A stretch of 64,000 nt of DNA from a bacterium. Its GTDB lineage: Bacteria > UBA8248 > JACPRG01 > G963555815. Of the stretch, positions 38,020-48,431 are shown piece by piece; the first letter of the stretch is position 1; each line of letters starts with the position of its first letter. Below the pieces are notes generated by a model. It had not been told where the DNA came from. It saw only the letters and a list, made by a program, of their open reading frames with translations, and did not search any database. The stretch lies in NCBI GenBank assembly GCA_965218795.1, contig OZ244653.1:4704001-4768000 (forward strand), written 5' to 3'. The translations under genes and the position numbers were made by a program.

Positions 38020-39117
38020 GTGAGAACGTTCCTGTTGGGCACCGCCGATGGAATCTGGGCGGCTGATTACGCCCAGCGCGAACGGATTGGGCTGGAAGGC
38101 GAGCGGGTCACGGTCATCGCGGCGTCCCCCGAACCGGATACCCTCTATGCAGCGACCGCCGGAAGCCGCATCTACAAGAGCGGGAACCAAGGGCGAAGCT
38201 GGGATTTGCAATTTGACTCCGGGGACTCGCACAATCGGTTCATGAGCCTTACCGTTTCACCGCACACCCCGCATCCGGTTTTTGCAGGGACTTGGCCGGC
38301 GAAGATTTTTCGGTCCTTGAACGGAGAGACATGGAGCGAAGCCGAGCGTTTCCAGAATACCGAAGGCTCCAAGTACTGGTGTTTCCCCCCGCCTCCTCAC
38401 GAACCCCGTCTGGTATCCATCCTCTTCCACCACGGAGATCCGAAGATTGTTTATGCCACCGTGGAGATGGGCGGCCTCATGAAAAGTCTGGACGGCGGAG
38501 AGACGTGGAAGCCGATGACCCATGAAGTCAACCGGGATACGCACGTGGTCGTCATGCACCCCACGGAGCCGGACACGCTTTACCTCACGACCGGTTTCGC
38601 GTCCACATTCCGTCCGGGTGTATACAGGTCGCGGGACGGCGGGGAGTCATGGGAATATCGGTATCGGGACATGCATCCCATGTACACTTGGCGGCTCTGC
38701 ATCGATTCTGTGAAGCCGGAAGTGCTGCATTTGGTCGCGTACCCCTATGCGCCGGGCGATTGGCATGTGCCGACGGGCACGGGCGGCACGGTTCTCCGAA
38801 CCGAGGATGGGGGTGAAACCTGGACAAAGCCGCACGATGGGACTCATTTGCCCTCTGTCAACTATTTCCCGAAAATTATCCCGGACCCCGACACGCCTGG
38901 GGCGGCAATCTTCGGCATCTCACCTTATTTGAGACCCTCAACCAATCCCAAGGACGATCTGCCCCTGAAGTATTTCAATATCGACGGGTTTATCTCACCC
39001 AGTATGGATCCGTCGGCGGAACAGGGGCGGATCATCCGCTCCGGTCCGGACGGGGAGAGTTGGGAAGTCCTGCTGGCCGGCCTTCCTCCATTCCTTGATT
39101 TCTTGCCGCTTGATTGA
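38020..39117 (+). CDS. BNR/Asp-box repeat beta-propeller protein
   Basis: Repeated S.DGGETW/S.DGGESW boxes. Confidence 0.85.
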   Translation: MRTFLLGTADGIWAADYAQRERIGLEGERVTVIAASPEPDTLYAATAGSRIYKSGNQGRSWDLQFDSGDSHNRFMSLTVSPHTPHPVFAGTWPAKIFRSLNGETWSEAERFQNTEGSKYWCFPPPPHEPRLVSILFHHGDPKIVYATVEMGGLMKSLDGGETWKPMTHEVNRDTHVVVMHPTEPDTLYLTTGFASTFRPGVYRSRDGGESWEYRYRDMHPMYTWRLCIDSVKPEVLHLVAYPYAPGDWHVPTGTGGTVLRTEDGGETWTKPHDGTHLPSVNYFPKIIPDPDTPGAAIFGISPYLRPSTNPKDDLPLKYFNIDGFISPSMDPSAEQGRIIRSGPDGESWEVLLAGLPPFLDFLPLD

Positions 39118-39272
39118 GGAATGTGCAACCATACGGACAACTCGAATCTTCGCGAATGCGAACGCTGAACACCCTGCCCAGGCATTTGCGATAAGCGGGG
39201 GCAAGGATCGACCCCTATCAGGCGTACGGGAGAGGCGAAGGAAATGATTCACTATGGAAACCGGAGACGGAG

Positions 39273-40256
39273 ATGAGCCGCAGCGAGGATCTGTTGAAGA
39301 AATTCAAGGATGTCCCGCCTCCGCATAAACCGGATTGGGGAACCCGGGGCGTGGATTTTCGCGTTCAGGAGCCATGGTCGATCAACGAAAAGTTCTTCAT
39401 CAGCGCAGCCGTGGTCGGGAGCTTTGTGAACAAGGATCAGAATCCAAAACAGCCCACATTCCCCGACGAAGTGCGTGAAGCCTTTTTCGCGGCCATCGAA
39501 GCCGGGGCTTCGGGTATCCATGTACACGTACGGGATGACGATGAAAAACCGACGGCGAAGGCCGAGATCTATCATAAGGTGCTGGATCCGATCATTTCCA
39601 GATATGGGGATGAAATCATCATCGACGGCGGAACGATGACCGGTCAGTCCTTCGAGGAATGCATGACCCCGGTCACGGAGGGCTTGTTCGACCTTTGTAT
39701 CGTCAACCCCACTTCGGGTCTCTTGGGGGACCGCCTGCGGGCGATGCGCCCGGTGACCATGCAGGCGCAGGCCGAATATTACAATGCGATGGGAGTCCGA
39801 AATATCATTGACGTCCACGAGGCCTCGAGCATCTGGAACGCCAAGCGTCACCTGATCGACCCGGGAGTCTTGAAGCCCCCCTTCGTCTGGCATCTTTTGC
39901 CGGGACTGCCGGGGACCCTGTTTATGCCGAACGTGCGGGCGACCTGGGACGGGGTGACCTTCCTGGTGGATCGGATTCGGGAAATCGATCCCGATTCGAT
40001 CATCATTTCGAGCGACGCAGGCCGGGCCTCAATTTACGGCACGGCCATCAACCACCTTCTCGGGCTGCACCTCCGCGTTGGCATGGAGGATGTGCTCTAC
40101 AAGTATCCGCACAGGAACGACATGGTCGAATCCACGGCGGAGGCGATCCGCGAAGCTGTCGAGATGGGAGAGATGCTGGGCCGGGAGCCCATGACGGCCG
40201 AGGAATTCCGCAAACTGGCCGGGTTGAGGAATCGCAGCCAGGCGGGTGTCACATAG
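39273..40256 (+). CDS. Beta-keto acid cleavage enzyme (BKACE/DUF849, Kce-like)
   Basis: AGASGIHVHVRD and LRVGMED zinc motifs; LGREPMT..E.RK. Confidence 0.88.
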   Translation: MSRSEDLLKKFKDVPPPHKPDWGTRGVDFRVQEPWSINEKFFISAAVVGSFVNKDQNPKQPTFPDEVREAFFAAIEAGASGIHVHVRDDDEKPTAKAEIYHKVLDPIISRYGDEIIIDGGTMTGQSFEECMTPVTEGLFDLCIVNPTSGLLGDRLRAMRPVTMQAQAEYYNAMGVRNIIDVHEASSIWNAKRHLIDPGVLKPPFVWHLLPGLPGTLFMPNVRATWDGVTFLVDRIREIDPDSIIISSDAGRASIYGTAINHLLGLHLRVGMEDVLYKYPHRNDMVESTAEAIREAVEMGEMLGREPMTAEEFRKLAGLRNRSQAGVT

Positions 40257-40328
40257 ACGACGAACGTGCCGGACGGTTTTTCCACGGGAATCGAATCAGC
40301 GAACAAGCAGGTGACGGGAAATTTTCCC

Positions 40329-40982
40329 ATGGGGCTGTACGAACAATATGTTTTCGCCCCTTTGATGGATTCCACGCTCGGGTCGAAGAGTGCGAAAAAG
40401 CAACGCCAGAATGCTCTGGCGGCGGCCTACGGGGACATTCTGGAGATTGGATTCGGAACCGGTCGAAACCTTCCGCATTATCCGCAGGCCGTGACCTCAC
40501 TGACGGCCATCGATCCGGCCACGTTGCTCTCCAAGAGGCGTAACGGCCGAATCGCCCGGGCGCACATGCCTGTCAGGTTTGTCGAACGGAGTGCGGAGAC
40601 GCTTCCCTTCGAAGCCGGGCGGTTCGATTGTGTCGTCAGTACCTGGACGCTTTGCACGATTTCCGATGCCGTCGGGACCATCCGGGAAATCGAGCGCGTT
40701 CTCAAGGCTGAAGGATTGTTTCTGTTTCTCGAGCACGGGCGCAGCGATCATCCCGGCGTGGCGAAATGGCAGGATCGCCTGAACCCCTTGCAGAAAAAAT
40801 TTGCTTGCGGCTGTAACATGAATCGGCCGATCGATGCCCTGATTCAGGAAGGGGGTATGACGGTGGACTCACTAGAGCGTTATTTGATGGAGGGGACTCC
40901 CCGGATTCTCGGAGAGATGTATCTCGGGGTCGCACGTCCATCAAAAGGTAGAGGAAATCATCGGAGGAGGAGAGGCCATTGA
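40329..40982 (+). CDS. Class I SAM-dependent methyltransferase
   Basis: LEIGFGTG, LPFEAGRFDCVVSTWTLC, FLEHG, GCNMNR. Confidence 0.9.
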   Translation: MGLYEQYVFAPLMDSTLGSKSAKKQRQNALAAAYGDILEIGFGTGRNLPHYPQAVTSLTAIDPATLLSKRRNGRIARAHMPVRFVERSAETLPFEAGRFDCVVSTWTLCTISDAVGTIREIERVLKAEGLFLFLEHGRSDHPGVAKWQDRLNPLQKKFACGCNMNRPIDALIQEGGMTVDSLERYLMEGTPRILGEMYLGVARPSKGRGNHRRRRGH

Positions 40983-41647
40983 GTCCGTCAGCCACGGGGA
41001 TGCTTTTGTCGCAAATGGAATGTTCGGCTTCATTGGAGCCGGAGTTTCACGAATGGTATGACGACGAGCACATTCCGGAGCGGATGAACGTCCCTGGATT
41101 CTTGAGCGCCGCGCGCTATGAGGTGATGGGCGAGGGTCCGAGATTCCTCGCCCGGTACAATCTTGAGGACCTGAGCACCCTGGAGCACCCGGATTACGTG
41201 AAGGTCAAGCAGCACCCATCCGATCGCACGGATAAGATTCTCTCCTCGGTCTCCCTGTTCACCCGGTATCTCGCCACGGTCTGCTCCGTTCATCAACGGC
41301 AGGACGCACCGGACCGACCGGGAGATTCTCCTTATATTCTTGTTGTTGCCTTCAACGTTCCCCAAGAAGCCCAGGAGGATCTGGCAAACTGGTATGAGCA
41401 GGAGCATTCGGAAATGCTTCTCAAGGCGAAAGGTTGGTGGAGATGCCTGCGGCTCAAAGTCGTCGCCGGAGAGCCCGAGCCGTGGACTGATATCGCGATC
41501 CATGAGTTGGCCGGCCCGGAAGTCCTTGAAGCTCCGGAGCGGTTGGAATCACGGAAGACACCCTGGGCCCAGCGCCTTCGCAGTCAGCCATGGTTCCAGG
41601 CGGGCAGCATGATCGTTTATCGAAAATTTGCGGATTGGCAAAGTTGA
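40979..41647 (+). CDS. Tandem EthD/DUF4286-like dimeric alpha-beta barrel protein
   Basis: Two repeats: FHEWYDDEHIPERMNVPGF and LANWYEQEHSEMLLKAKGW. Confidence 0.75.
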   Translation: MSPSATGMLLSQMECSASLEPEFHEWYDDEHIPERMNVPGFLSAARYEVMGEGPRFLARYNLEDLSTLEHPDYVKVKQHPSDRTDKILSSVSLFTRYLATVCSVHQRQDAPDRPGDSPYILVVAFNVPQEAQEDLANWYEQEHSEMLLKAKGWWRCLRLKVVAGEPEPWTDIAIHELAGPEVLEAPERLESRKTPWAQRLRSQPWFQAGSMIVYRKFADWQS

Positions 41648-41688
41648 TTGACCAAGCGGCCTTTTGGGGCCTCGGGGAGAATTTCTGA

Positions 41689-42891
41689 ATGACTTCGCTT
41701 GCGCTTACGAACATCGGGGCCGTCATCTCCGGCTCGCTCGAGACCGGCCTGATTGACGCGGACACCATTCTGGTCGAGGACGGCAGGATCAAGGAGTTCG
41801 GCCGGGGGTTGGACGCCTCCGGTTGTGACCGGATCCTTGATTGTGTCGGCACGACCGTTGCGCCGGGTCTCATCGACGGCCACCTCCACGTGGTTATCGG
41901 CGATTACACGCCCCGCCAGAAAACCGTGGATTTTCTGGAGAGTTGGGTGCACGGCGGAGTCACCAGCGGCGTCTCCCCCAGCGAGGTTCACGCGCCGGGA
42001 CGACCTACGGACCCGGTGGGCGTCAAGGCTCTCGCTATTGCCGCGCACAAATGTTTCAGCCAATTTCGTCCGGGAGGGTTCAAGATGCACGCGGGCTCGG
42101 TCATCATCGAGCCGGGATTGGAGGAGAAGGATTTCGGGGAGATGGCGGCCGCGGGCGTCTGGCTTGCGAAGGTCGGATTTGGAAGTTTTGAGCGGCAGGC
42201 AGAGTCCGCGCCCATCGTCCGCATTGCCCAGCAGCATGGTTTCAAGGTCCTCTGTCACACGGGCGGCGCTTCCATTCCCGGAAGTTCCCCGGTCATGGAC
42301 GAGGACCTCATGGAAATCCTTCCCGACATCGCCGCCCATATCAATGGAGGCACGACGGCCTTGGCGGATGAAGGGCTCGAACGGGTCATCCGTGAGACGG
42401 ACATCGATTTGCAAATCTGCCAATGCGGCAATTTGCGGAGCGCCCTGCTTACCGTCGAGCGCTGTAAGGAGTTGGGCCAGCTGGGACGGATCGACATCGC
42501 CAGCGATTCCCCGTCGGGGACGGGAATCCTGCCGATGGGCGTCATCAAGTCCATTGTTGAGATCGCCTCCCTCGCCGGCCTGAAGCCCGAGGAGGCCTGG
42601 GCGCTCGGGAGCGGGGCCCCGGCCGATCATTGGGGGCTGAAGGATCAGGGCAAGATCGCGGTGGGCGCAGCGGCTGATTTGGTCGTCATGGATGCGCCGC
42701 TGGGTTCCGTGGCTGCGAATGCCTTGGAAGCCATCGCATTGGGGGACATCCCCGGGATCACGGGCGTTCTGATCGACGGGCGGGTTTGGGCCATGAAGAG
42801 CCGGAACACACCCGCAGCCACGCGGTTCTGCCAATGGGAACGGGTCGGGCCCGAAGGCTCCCCCAACGTCGCCGATCATCTGGGTTGGTAG
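41689..42891 (+). CDS. Enamidase-like amidohydrolase
   Basis: DGHLH..GDYTPRQKT, HAPGRP.D, HTGGASIPGS, HINGG, QCGN, DSPSGTG, GDIPGI, KSRNTP; matches my recall of Eubacterium barkeri enamidase. Confidence 0.85.
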   Translation: MTSLALTNIGAVISGSLETGLIDADTILVEDGRIKEFGRGLDASGCDRILDCVGTTVAPGLIDGHLHVVIGDYTPRQKTVDFLESWVHGGVTSGVSPSEVHAPGRPTDPVGVKALAIAAHKCFSQFRPGGFKMHAGSVIIEPGLEEKDFGEMAAAGVWLAKVGFGSFERQAESAPIVRIAQQHGFKVLCHTGGASIPGSSPVMDEDLMEILPDIAAHINGGTTALADEGLERVIRETDIDLQICQCGNLRSALLTVERCKELGQLGRIDIASDSPSGTGILPMGVIKSIVEIASLAGLKPEEAWALGSGAPADHWGLKDQGKIAVGAAADLVVMDAPLGSVAANALEAIALGDIPGITGVLIDGRVWAMKSRNTPAATRFCQWERVGPEGSPNVADHLGW

Positions 42892-43031
42892 GAAATGCGA
42901 TTCAGTGGATGAAGCCGGCGCGGCTGGTCTTTTGAAGATTCCGAAGTCACCGACTTTCTCACCCACGACTCGGGAAAGCTCCGAAACAGGGAGATGGCCG
43001 ATTCTTGCCTGTGCGGGAGGTTGGGGCTATT

Positions 43032-43247
43032 TCACACTGCGCCCCCCACCTCCAGGCCGGAACGGGGTTCCAGATCCTTAGCGATTCCGTAGAGTCGATT
43101 CAGACGGCCCCGTTCATAAGGCGGGCGTCGAAAGTTCCATGGGTCCTCGACCCGGCAGAACAGTTTCTCGTAGGCCTCGGGCTTTTCCTGATTTCGAGAG
43201 AGCTCAAACCGGGTGCTGCTCAACAGTTGCTTGAGGGATAGCATCAT
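43032..43247 (-). pseudogene. Fragment of a NodS-like SAM methyltransferase
   Basis: YEKLF..EDPW..YE.. followed by a degenerate SAM motif LEVGGAV and an immediate stop. Confidence 0.45.
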
Positions 43248-43425
43248 GCCCCTTCCAAAAACTGCCCCGCCCAAGCGGACAACCCTATATTTCATGTTCA
43301 TGGAATCAAGAGAAGGACCGCAAAATAGTTCACCAAAGGTCTGACTCACCGGCGCTTTTGAGGTGAAGGGGTTGGAGACAACGCATGGGTTCTATTTTCC
43401 AATGTCTGATAGAAGGAGATGAAAC

Positions 43426-44019
43426 GTGGCCTGGATTCCCACCATTGATGAGTCGGATGCTGAAGGGCTTCTCAAGGAAAATTATGAAATTCTCAAGAAG
43501 ACACGCGGAGACATCCCGAACGTCCACAGGGCGCATAGCATCAAGCCGGAGCTCATGGCGGCCTATCGAGAATTCGGCTCAGCCGTAACCTTTGGGGCGA
43601 CCAGTCTTGGACGGGAGCGTGAAGAAATGCTCTCCGTCACCATCTCCGCATTATTGGGATGCAAGTACTGAACGGTCTCTCACGGAGAGTTTCTCTGTGA
43701 GGTCAGTTCGGGAGACGCGAAGAAAAAGGCCATTGCCCTGAAGGAGGATTATCGGAAGGCGGGGCTCAGTCCAGCCGATGAGGCGATGATGGAGTTCGCG
43801 GAGAAAATTACACTCCATCCCAGCACCCTCACCCGTGAGGATGTCGATCATCTCCGGACTCATGGGTTCGACGACCGGGCCATTCTGGAGATTGCCACCG
43901 TCTCGGCTTATCGAAATTACATCGCCCGAGTCGCCAGCGCCCTGGGCGTGGAGGTGGACGAAGGCATTTTTGCAGATGACCCGGAGGTTCGGGCGAGGTT
44001 GGAAGAGGGACTGGTTTAG
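43426..44019 (+). CDS. AhpD/CMD-family peroxidase-related selenoprotein (Sec at TGA 43669-43671)
   Basis: ORFs 43426-43671 and 43786-44019 share one frame and only this TGA separates them; read-through gives EMLSVTIS..GCKYUTVSHG (AhpD-type CxxC..H). Hairpin follows; selA and selB are in the window. Confidence 0.88.
43679..43701 (+). promoter_or_regulatory. Putative bacterial SECIS element
   Basis: 10-bp stem CTCACGGAGA/TCTCTGTGAG (one G-U pair) with a GTT loop starting 18 nt after the UGA. Confidence 0.75.
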
Positions 44020-44105
44020 TCAAGGAATTCGGCTGATAGCGTAGGGATCGAATTCGGATTTGACATTTTCCTTATTTTGACAAGGGGGAGCGCCAATTTC
44101 CTTCC

Positions 44106-44417
44106 TTACAGCCCCTTTTCCTTCTTGAGCGTGTGTTTGGCCCGGGCCTCTCCCTCGGCGTGGGGTTTCGTGTCGTGTTCCCAGAGGAGTTTTTCCATCG
44201 TTTTCTGGATGACCTCAGCTTCCTCCGAGAATCCAAGTGCTCCGAGGCACTTCAGGGCCATAGCGAGAGAGTTATAATTGGCCGGGTAGGAATCCGAGCA
44301 GGCGGCGTAGGCCTTACGGGCCAAGTCCAAGGCCTTTTCCGGGTCACCTTCATCAAGGGCGGAGTGGGACGACTCCAAAAGCTCATGATACTGTTTCAAA
44401 TGCGGATTGTTGTCCAT
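44106..44417 (-). CDS. Small TPR-like helical protein
   Basis: ALDEGDPEKALDLARKA..YNSLAMALKCLGALGFSEEA; GGGAG RBS. Confidence 0.55.
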   Translation of the reverse strand: MDNNPHLKQYHELLESSHSALDEGDPEKALDLARKAYAACSDSYPANYNSLAMALKCLGALGFSEEAEVIQKTMEKLLWEHDTKPHAEGEARAKHTLKKEKGL

Positions 44418-44573
44418 TGAATTCTCCCTGGGCTTCGGAAGTCCGGCCCCCTTCTCAGCTTTCCAGCATGGATTGCTCGAATCGCCTGAGGGCAGATTAT
44501 CAAATGTAGAGCCGCTCGAACAAACGATTCGAGGGCGATTGGAGGAAGGCTGCCCCGGTCCACGGGGTCGTTC

Positions 44574-45473
44574 TCACGAATCGGAGCTGCCGAAGGTGTC
44601 TGAGGGTGAAGCGGACTGGATGACATCCTCCCATGCCAAAAGGCGGTCCCGCTTTTGGTCCGCGCCGCTGCCATCGTAAATGGCAATCAGGTTTCGACAC
44701 ATCCGAGCCAGAATGGCGCGGCTGCCCACCGGCGCATCCAATTCACTCTGGACGGAATACCCCATGGTGCGGAGGAAGCTTACGCACTCCTGGCGGCTCA
44801 TGTTTCGCCCGCCGTGGAAAGTGTCGATGTAGACAGGTTCCATCCCCGCCCGGTCCCTCCGGAATCTCACCAGGAAATGACCCGGGGCTGAGATCCCCTC
44901 CAGGGGTAATCCGATCCGTTTTGCAATTAAGAGATACAACGAGGACAAGCTGACAGGGATTCCAAGTTTTCGGTCCAGAACGCAGTTCAGATAACTGTTT
45001 TCCGGCTCCCGATATCCTTGAACGTTCCCGCGAAACTCCGAGTCGAAGTGCAGGTAGCGCTGGAGAGCCTTGAGCGCGTCGAGATCCCGGACGCCTCGTA
45101 AAAGGGGATCGATATCGGCCGCCATCCCATCCAGACGGTTTCTGTAATTGTCTTCGTTGAGGTCGGGGTATTCGAGTCGGGTCAGCAGAAACCAGCCTTC
45201 CTCCAGATTCGGGTCGGGCCCGCCTGGGTTCACCCAACGACGAAGCCGATCCGTCATCCAATGCTCATGAATTTTGCCGAGCGTCTCCCGCGCTCGCGCT
45301 TGCGCCAGCGTATTTTTGCCCCCTTCCGCTTCTTGTTGAAGCAACTCCCGAACGCTCTCGCCCAGATTCAGGAGTTGCTCTTCGACAAAGGGCCAGACGC
45401 GAGGGTCCGGATCGCGCATCAATGAAATGAGCGCATCCATCGAATTCGGAGATATAGTTTGTTTTTCGTTCAT
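44574..45473 (-). CDS. SirB1-like / transglutaminase-like domain protein
   Basis: FRGN..Y..PENSYL..VLDRKLGIPVSLS, PGHFLVR, IDTFHGG, ILARMCRNL. Confidence 0.85.
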   Translation of the reverse strand: MNEKQTISPNSMDALISLMRDPDPRVWPFVEEQLLNLGESVRELLQQEAEGGKNTLAQARARETLGKIHEHWMTDRLRRWVNPGGPDPNLEEGWFLLTRLEYPDLNEDNYRNRLDGMAADIDPLLRGVRDLDALKALQRYLHFDSEFRGNVQGYREPENSYLNCVLDRKLGIPVSLSSLYLLIAKRIGLPLEGISAPGHFLVRFRRDRAGMEPVYIDTFHGGRNMSRQECVSFLRTMGYSVQSELDAPVGSRAILARMCRNLIAIYDGSGADQKRDRLLAWEDVIQSASPSDTFGSSDS

Positions 45474-45533
45474 TCTTTGGCGGATTCCCAACGGGTCGCT
45501 GGAACCTGAACTTTGGCCCAGTACCGCGAAGTC

Positions 45534-45920
45534 CTACCTTCCGTTGGTGCCCGTCGAAACGGGCCGGTTCCTCAGCGGATCGGATTCCGAATAGAGAATC
45601 CGAATCGTATCTCCAATTCTGATTGCCGTCCACCTTTCGGGTTTCCCCGATGACCGGCCCTCCACGAATCCTCCGTTGCGCGTCTGAAACCGGTAAATGA
45701 TGCGCGTGGTCAAGGTTCCCGCCGCATTCCGAAACGAGTCTTTTGCGACCACCTGCCCTTCAGCCATGACGGGGCGTTCGTTGGAAGATTTCTGGCCAAA
45801 AAGTGGAAAGTACCAAAAATGAAGAGAAAGCGTGGCCGCAAGGATCAAACCCGCCGCCCAGCCGAATAACAGGCGCCCCCGCCGGCTTACATTCGGAGTC
45901 GGTGCCCGTCGTTTCGTCAC
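45534..45920 (-). CDS. Membrane-anchored DUF3592-like protein
   Basis: One TM helix, then AEGQVV..YRF..G..GDTIRILY..P. Confidence 0.6.
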   Translation of the reverse strand: MTKRRAPTPNVSRRGRLLFGWAAGLILAATLSLHFWYFPLFGQKSSNERPVMAEGQVVAKDSFRNAAGTLTTRIIYRFQTRNGGFVEGRSSGKPERWTAIRIGDTIRILYSESDPLRNRPVSTGTNGR

Positions 45921-46465
45921 CCGTCACTTCCGGATTGCGCTGATTCCATCTGGCCCTTGGGGCTTGCTCAAGGCCAATGAATGGGTGGAGCCTGGCGACG
46001 CAGGGATATCCCTGTAATTATAGCACGGGGAGGGGGGGGGAAGGATTGGATATGAAAAAGGGAGGAAAGGCTATGGAGCGGCCCGCCGCGCCGTTCGAAG
46101 GGTATTCAGGTATGGCCGGCTCCTTCGAGGATCGAATTGATCCGGATGACCCGGCCAAGCCGCTCGCCGGTCAAGAAGGTGCCTTGTGTGAGACCGACCA
46201 GTTCAAACCGTCCATCCCGAATGGCAGTGGCGGACGTCCCGCTGTCCCCGGGGTTCAACCCATTGCTGACCATGAAGACATTGGTCTTGTCCGTCTTATC
46301 CAATAAGTTCGTATCTATTTGAAGTGTAAATAGTTGATGCATCGATACCGTTGGGATTTCTTGACTTTTCAACAAGGCGATGCTAATTGATGATTGTTCC
46401 CGTACCGGTCGGGTTCTTCTCTGAAGTCCACCCTCCCGAGCTTCGCCAAGAAAGGTTGAAAATCG

Positions 46466-47215
46466 ATGTCCGGGCACTCGAAATGGTCGACTATCAAGCA
46501 CAAAAAGGCTGCGACGGACGCCAAGAGGGGGAAAATATTTACCGGGTTGATCAAGGAAATTACCGTCTCCGCCCGGTTGGGCGGCAAGGATCTGGAGGGC
46601 AATCCGAGACTTCGGACCGCCGTTGCGGCGGCCAGGAACGCCAATATGCCCCAAGACAATATTGAGCGCGCAATCCTCAAGGGCGTCGGTGAGCTTGAAG
46701 GAGTGACCTATGATGAGGTCACGTATGAAGGCTATGGCCCAGGTGGGGTCGCTGTGTTGCTCCAGGTGGTGACCGACAATCGCAACAGGATGGTTGCGGA
46801 GCTCCGTCACATCTTTTCAAAGTCCGGCGGAAATCTAGCCGAGGCCGGCGCAGTGGCTTGGATGTTCGAGAAGAAAGGGGTCGTACTGGTGGAGCGGGAG
46901 AAGGCCGTCGAGGATGAGTTGCTGGAATTGGTTCTGGAAGCGGGCGCCGAGGACCTCGCGGCGGAATCCAATCATTTTGTCGTGGCAACCGCTCACGAAT
47001 CACTTAATGAAGTTCGCGACTTTTTAACCGAACAGGGCGTTGCGATTCTTTCGGCGGAACAGACCATGATTCCCCAGGGTACTGTCGCCGTTGCCGCCGA
47101 CAATGCCCGCCGAATTCTTACTCTGATGGATTCACTCGATGACCATGACGACGTGCAGAACGTCTATTCGAATTTCGACATTCCCGAGTCGGTTCTGGAA
47201 GAAGTGGGGGCTTGA
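46466..47215 (+). CDS. yebC: YebC/PmpR family protein
   Basis: MSGHSKWSTIKHKK, NPRLR, YEGYGPGG, TDNRNR, DDVQNVYSN. Confidence 0.95.
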   Translation: MSGHSKWSTIKHKKAATDAKRGKIFTGLIKEITVSARLGGKDLEGNPRLRTAVAAARNANMPQDNIERAILKGVGELEGVTYDEVTYEGYGPGGVAVLLQVVTDNRNRMVAELRHIFSKSGGNLAEAGAVAWMFEKKGVVLVEREKAVEDELLELVLEAGAEDLAAESNHFVVATAHESLNEVRDFLTEQGVAILSAEQTMIPQGTVAVAADNARRILTLMDSLDDHDDVQNVYSNFDIPESVLEEVGA

Positions 47216-47291
47216 CATTCGTTCCCTGCAATAGCCATCCGTTCCTTGAGGATTCCGGCCGGACTTGATTTTCCGCCCACACCGGGATCCG

Positions 47292-48431
47292 TCATCCTGT
47301 AAATTCCAGAATGTCCAGACCGTCGAATCTATCGAGCAGGTAGATCAGCCCGTCGGCGTCCATGAACACGTCGTTACTCTGGACCATCGTCTGGCCTTTC
47401 CCCGGTTCCGGGACGAAATGCCCCACTTCCTCGGGCCGGTAGGGGTTGGTGATATCCAAAACCCGCATCCCGCCGGCAAACCAGGTCAGGCACAGGATGT
47501 TGTGTTCATACACCTGCTCCTGTGGCTGGTGGGCGCCGAACCACTCATCTCCGTCGTAATCGTGGTCTTGCGGATAGGACCATGTGGAGACCGGGATTGG
47601 GTTGGTTTCATCGGTGATATCGACCATCCAGAACCAGCCGTTGGGTTTGGAGGCCAGCCGGTCGCCGACGTCCTCGTCCGTGGCGGCCATGAATCGACGG
47701 CCATTCAAATCGTGGGGGATGGGAAGCGCCGTGTGGGTAGGACAGGGGTATGGGGGGCTCCAGTCCAGGTGGCTCACCATGCGGGGCCGGCTCATGTCCG
47801 AGATATCCAGTATTACAAACCCGCCCAGCCAATAACTGACGTACAGGCGCTCGCCGAGTTTGAGCGGATGATGGCATTTGTGGCGGGTGCCCTCCCATGT
47901 GGGAGTTTCTCCGCCTTCCACCCATTGTCCCGGCAGCCACCAGCGCCCGACTTCTTCGGGTTTCTCCGGATTCTTCAGATCGGCGATCAGAACAATGTTT
48001 CCGAGATACCCATCCATAAAGGGCGAGAAATATACATAGCGCCCATCGAAGTCGAACCGGTGGACGCCTCGCTCCGCGGTTCGGAAAAGGGCGATTTCTT
48101 TTGGCTTGGTGGGGTCGGAAACGTCGTACACCCTGAGACCGACTTCCGTGGCGGGCCCGTCACCGTAACGCTCGACGTTGGTGAGCATGATTCCGTCATG
48201 GGCGCGCACCTTATGGGTGTGAACGCCTTCGGGAATCTCGATATGCGAAAGCGTCCGGATGTTCTTCGGATCGGAGACGTCCAGGATTGTGGTTCCGTAG
48301 GGCGCTTGCATGTGGCCGATATAGGCCAGCTTGTCGACGACCGTGACCTGGCCGCCGCCCGGCATATCCGTCCGTCCGACCCGCCGGACGTTTTCGGAGC
48401 TCCCGTGAAGGTGTTTGTACTTGGACATCAT
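47292..48431 (-). CDS. LVIVD-repeat beta-propeller protein
   Basis: Repeated ILDVSDP/VYDVSDP/ILDISD/VLDITNP; HTH, FGAHQ, QSNDV. Confidence 0.85.
   Translation of the reverse strand: MMSKYKHLHGSSENVRRVGRTDMPGGGQVTVVDKLAYIGHMQAPYGTTILDVSDPKNIRTLSHIEIPEGVHTHKVRAHDGIMLTNVERYGDGPATEVGLRVYDVSDPTKPKEIALFRTAERGVHRFDFDGRYVYFSPFMDGYLGNIVLIADLKNPEKPEEVGRWWLPGQWVEGGETPTWEGTRHKCHHPLKLGERLYVSYWLGGFVILDISDMSRPRMVSHLDWSPPYPCPTHTALPIPHDLNGRRFMAATDEDVGDRLASKPNGWFWMVDITDETNPIPVSTWSYPQDHDYDGDEWFGAHQPQEQVYEHNILCLTWFAGGMRVLDITNPYRPEEVGHFVPEPGKGQTMVQSNDVFMDADGLIYLLDRFDGLDILEFTG

Noticed and set aside
43032-43034. TGA ending the NodS-like fragment (and TGA at 37960-37962) as selenocysteine codons
   Set aside because: Not at Cys-equivalent positions, no homologous continuation downstream, and no SECIS-like hairpin.
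45977-46340. Short ORFs and a G-rich run (~46027-46041) upstream of yebC as a gene or phase-variable tract
   Set aside because: No recognisable motif or clear RBS; the G run is intergenic and homopolymer length is unreliable.
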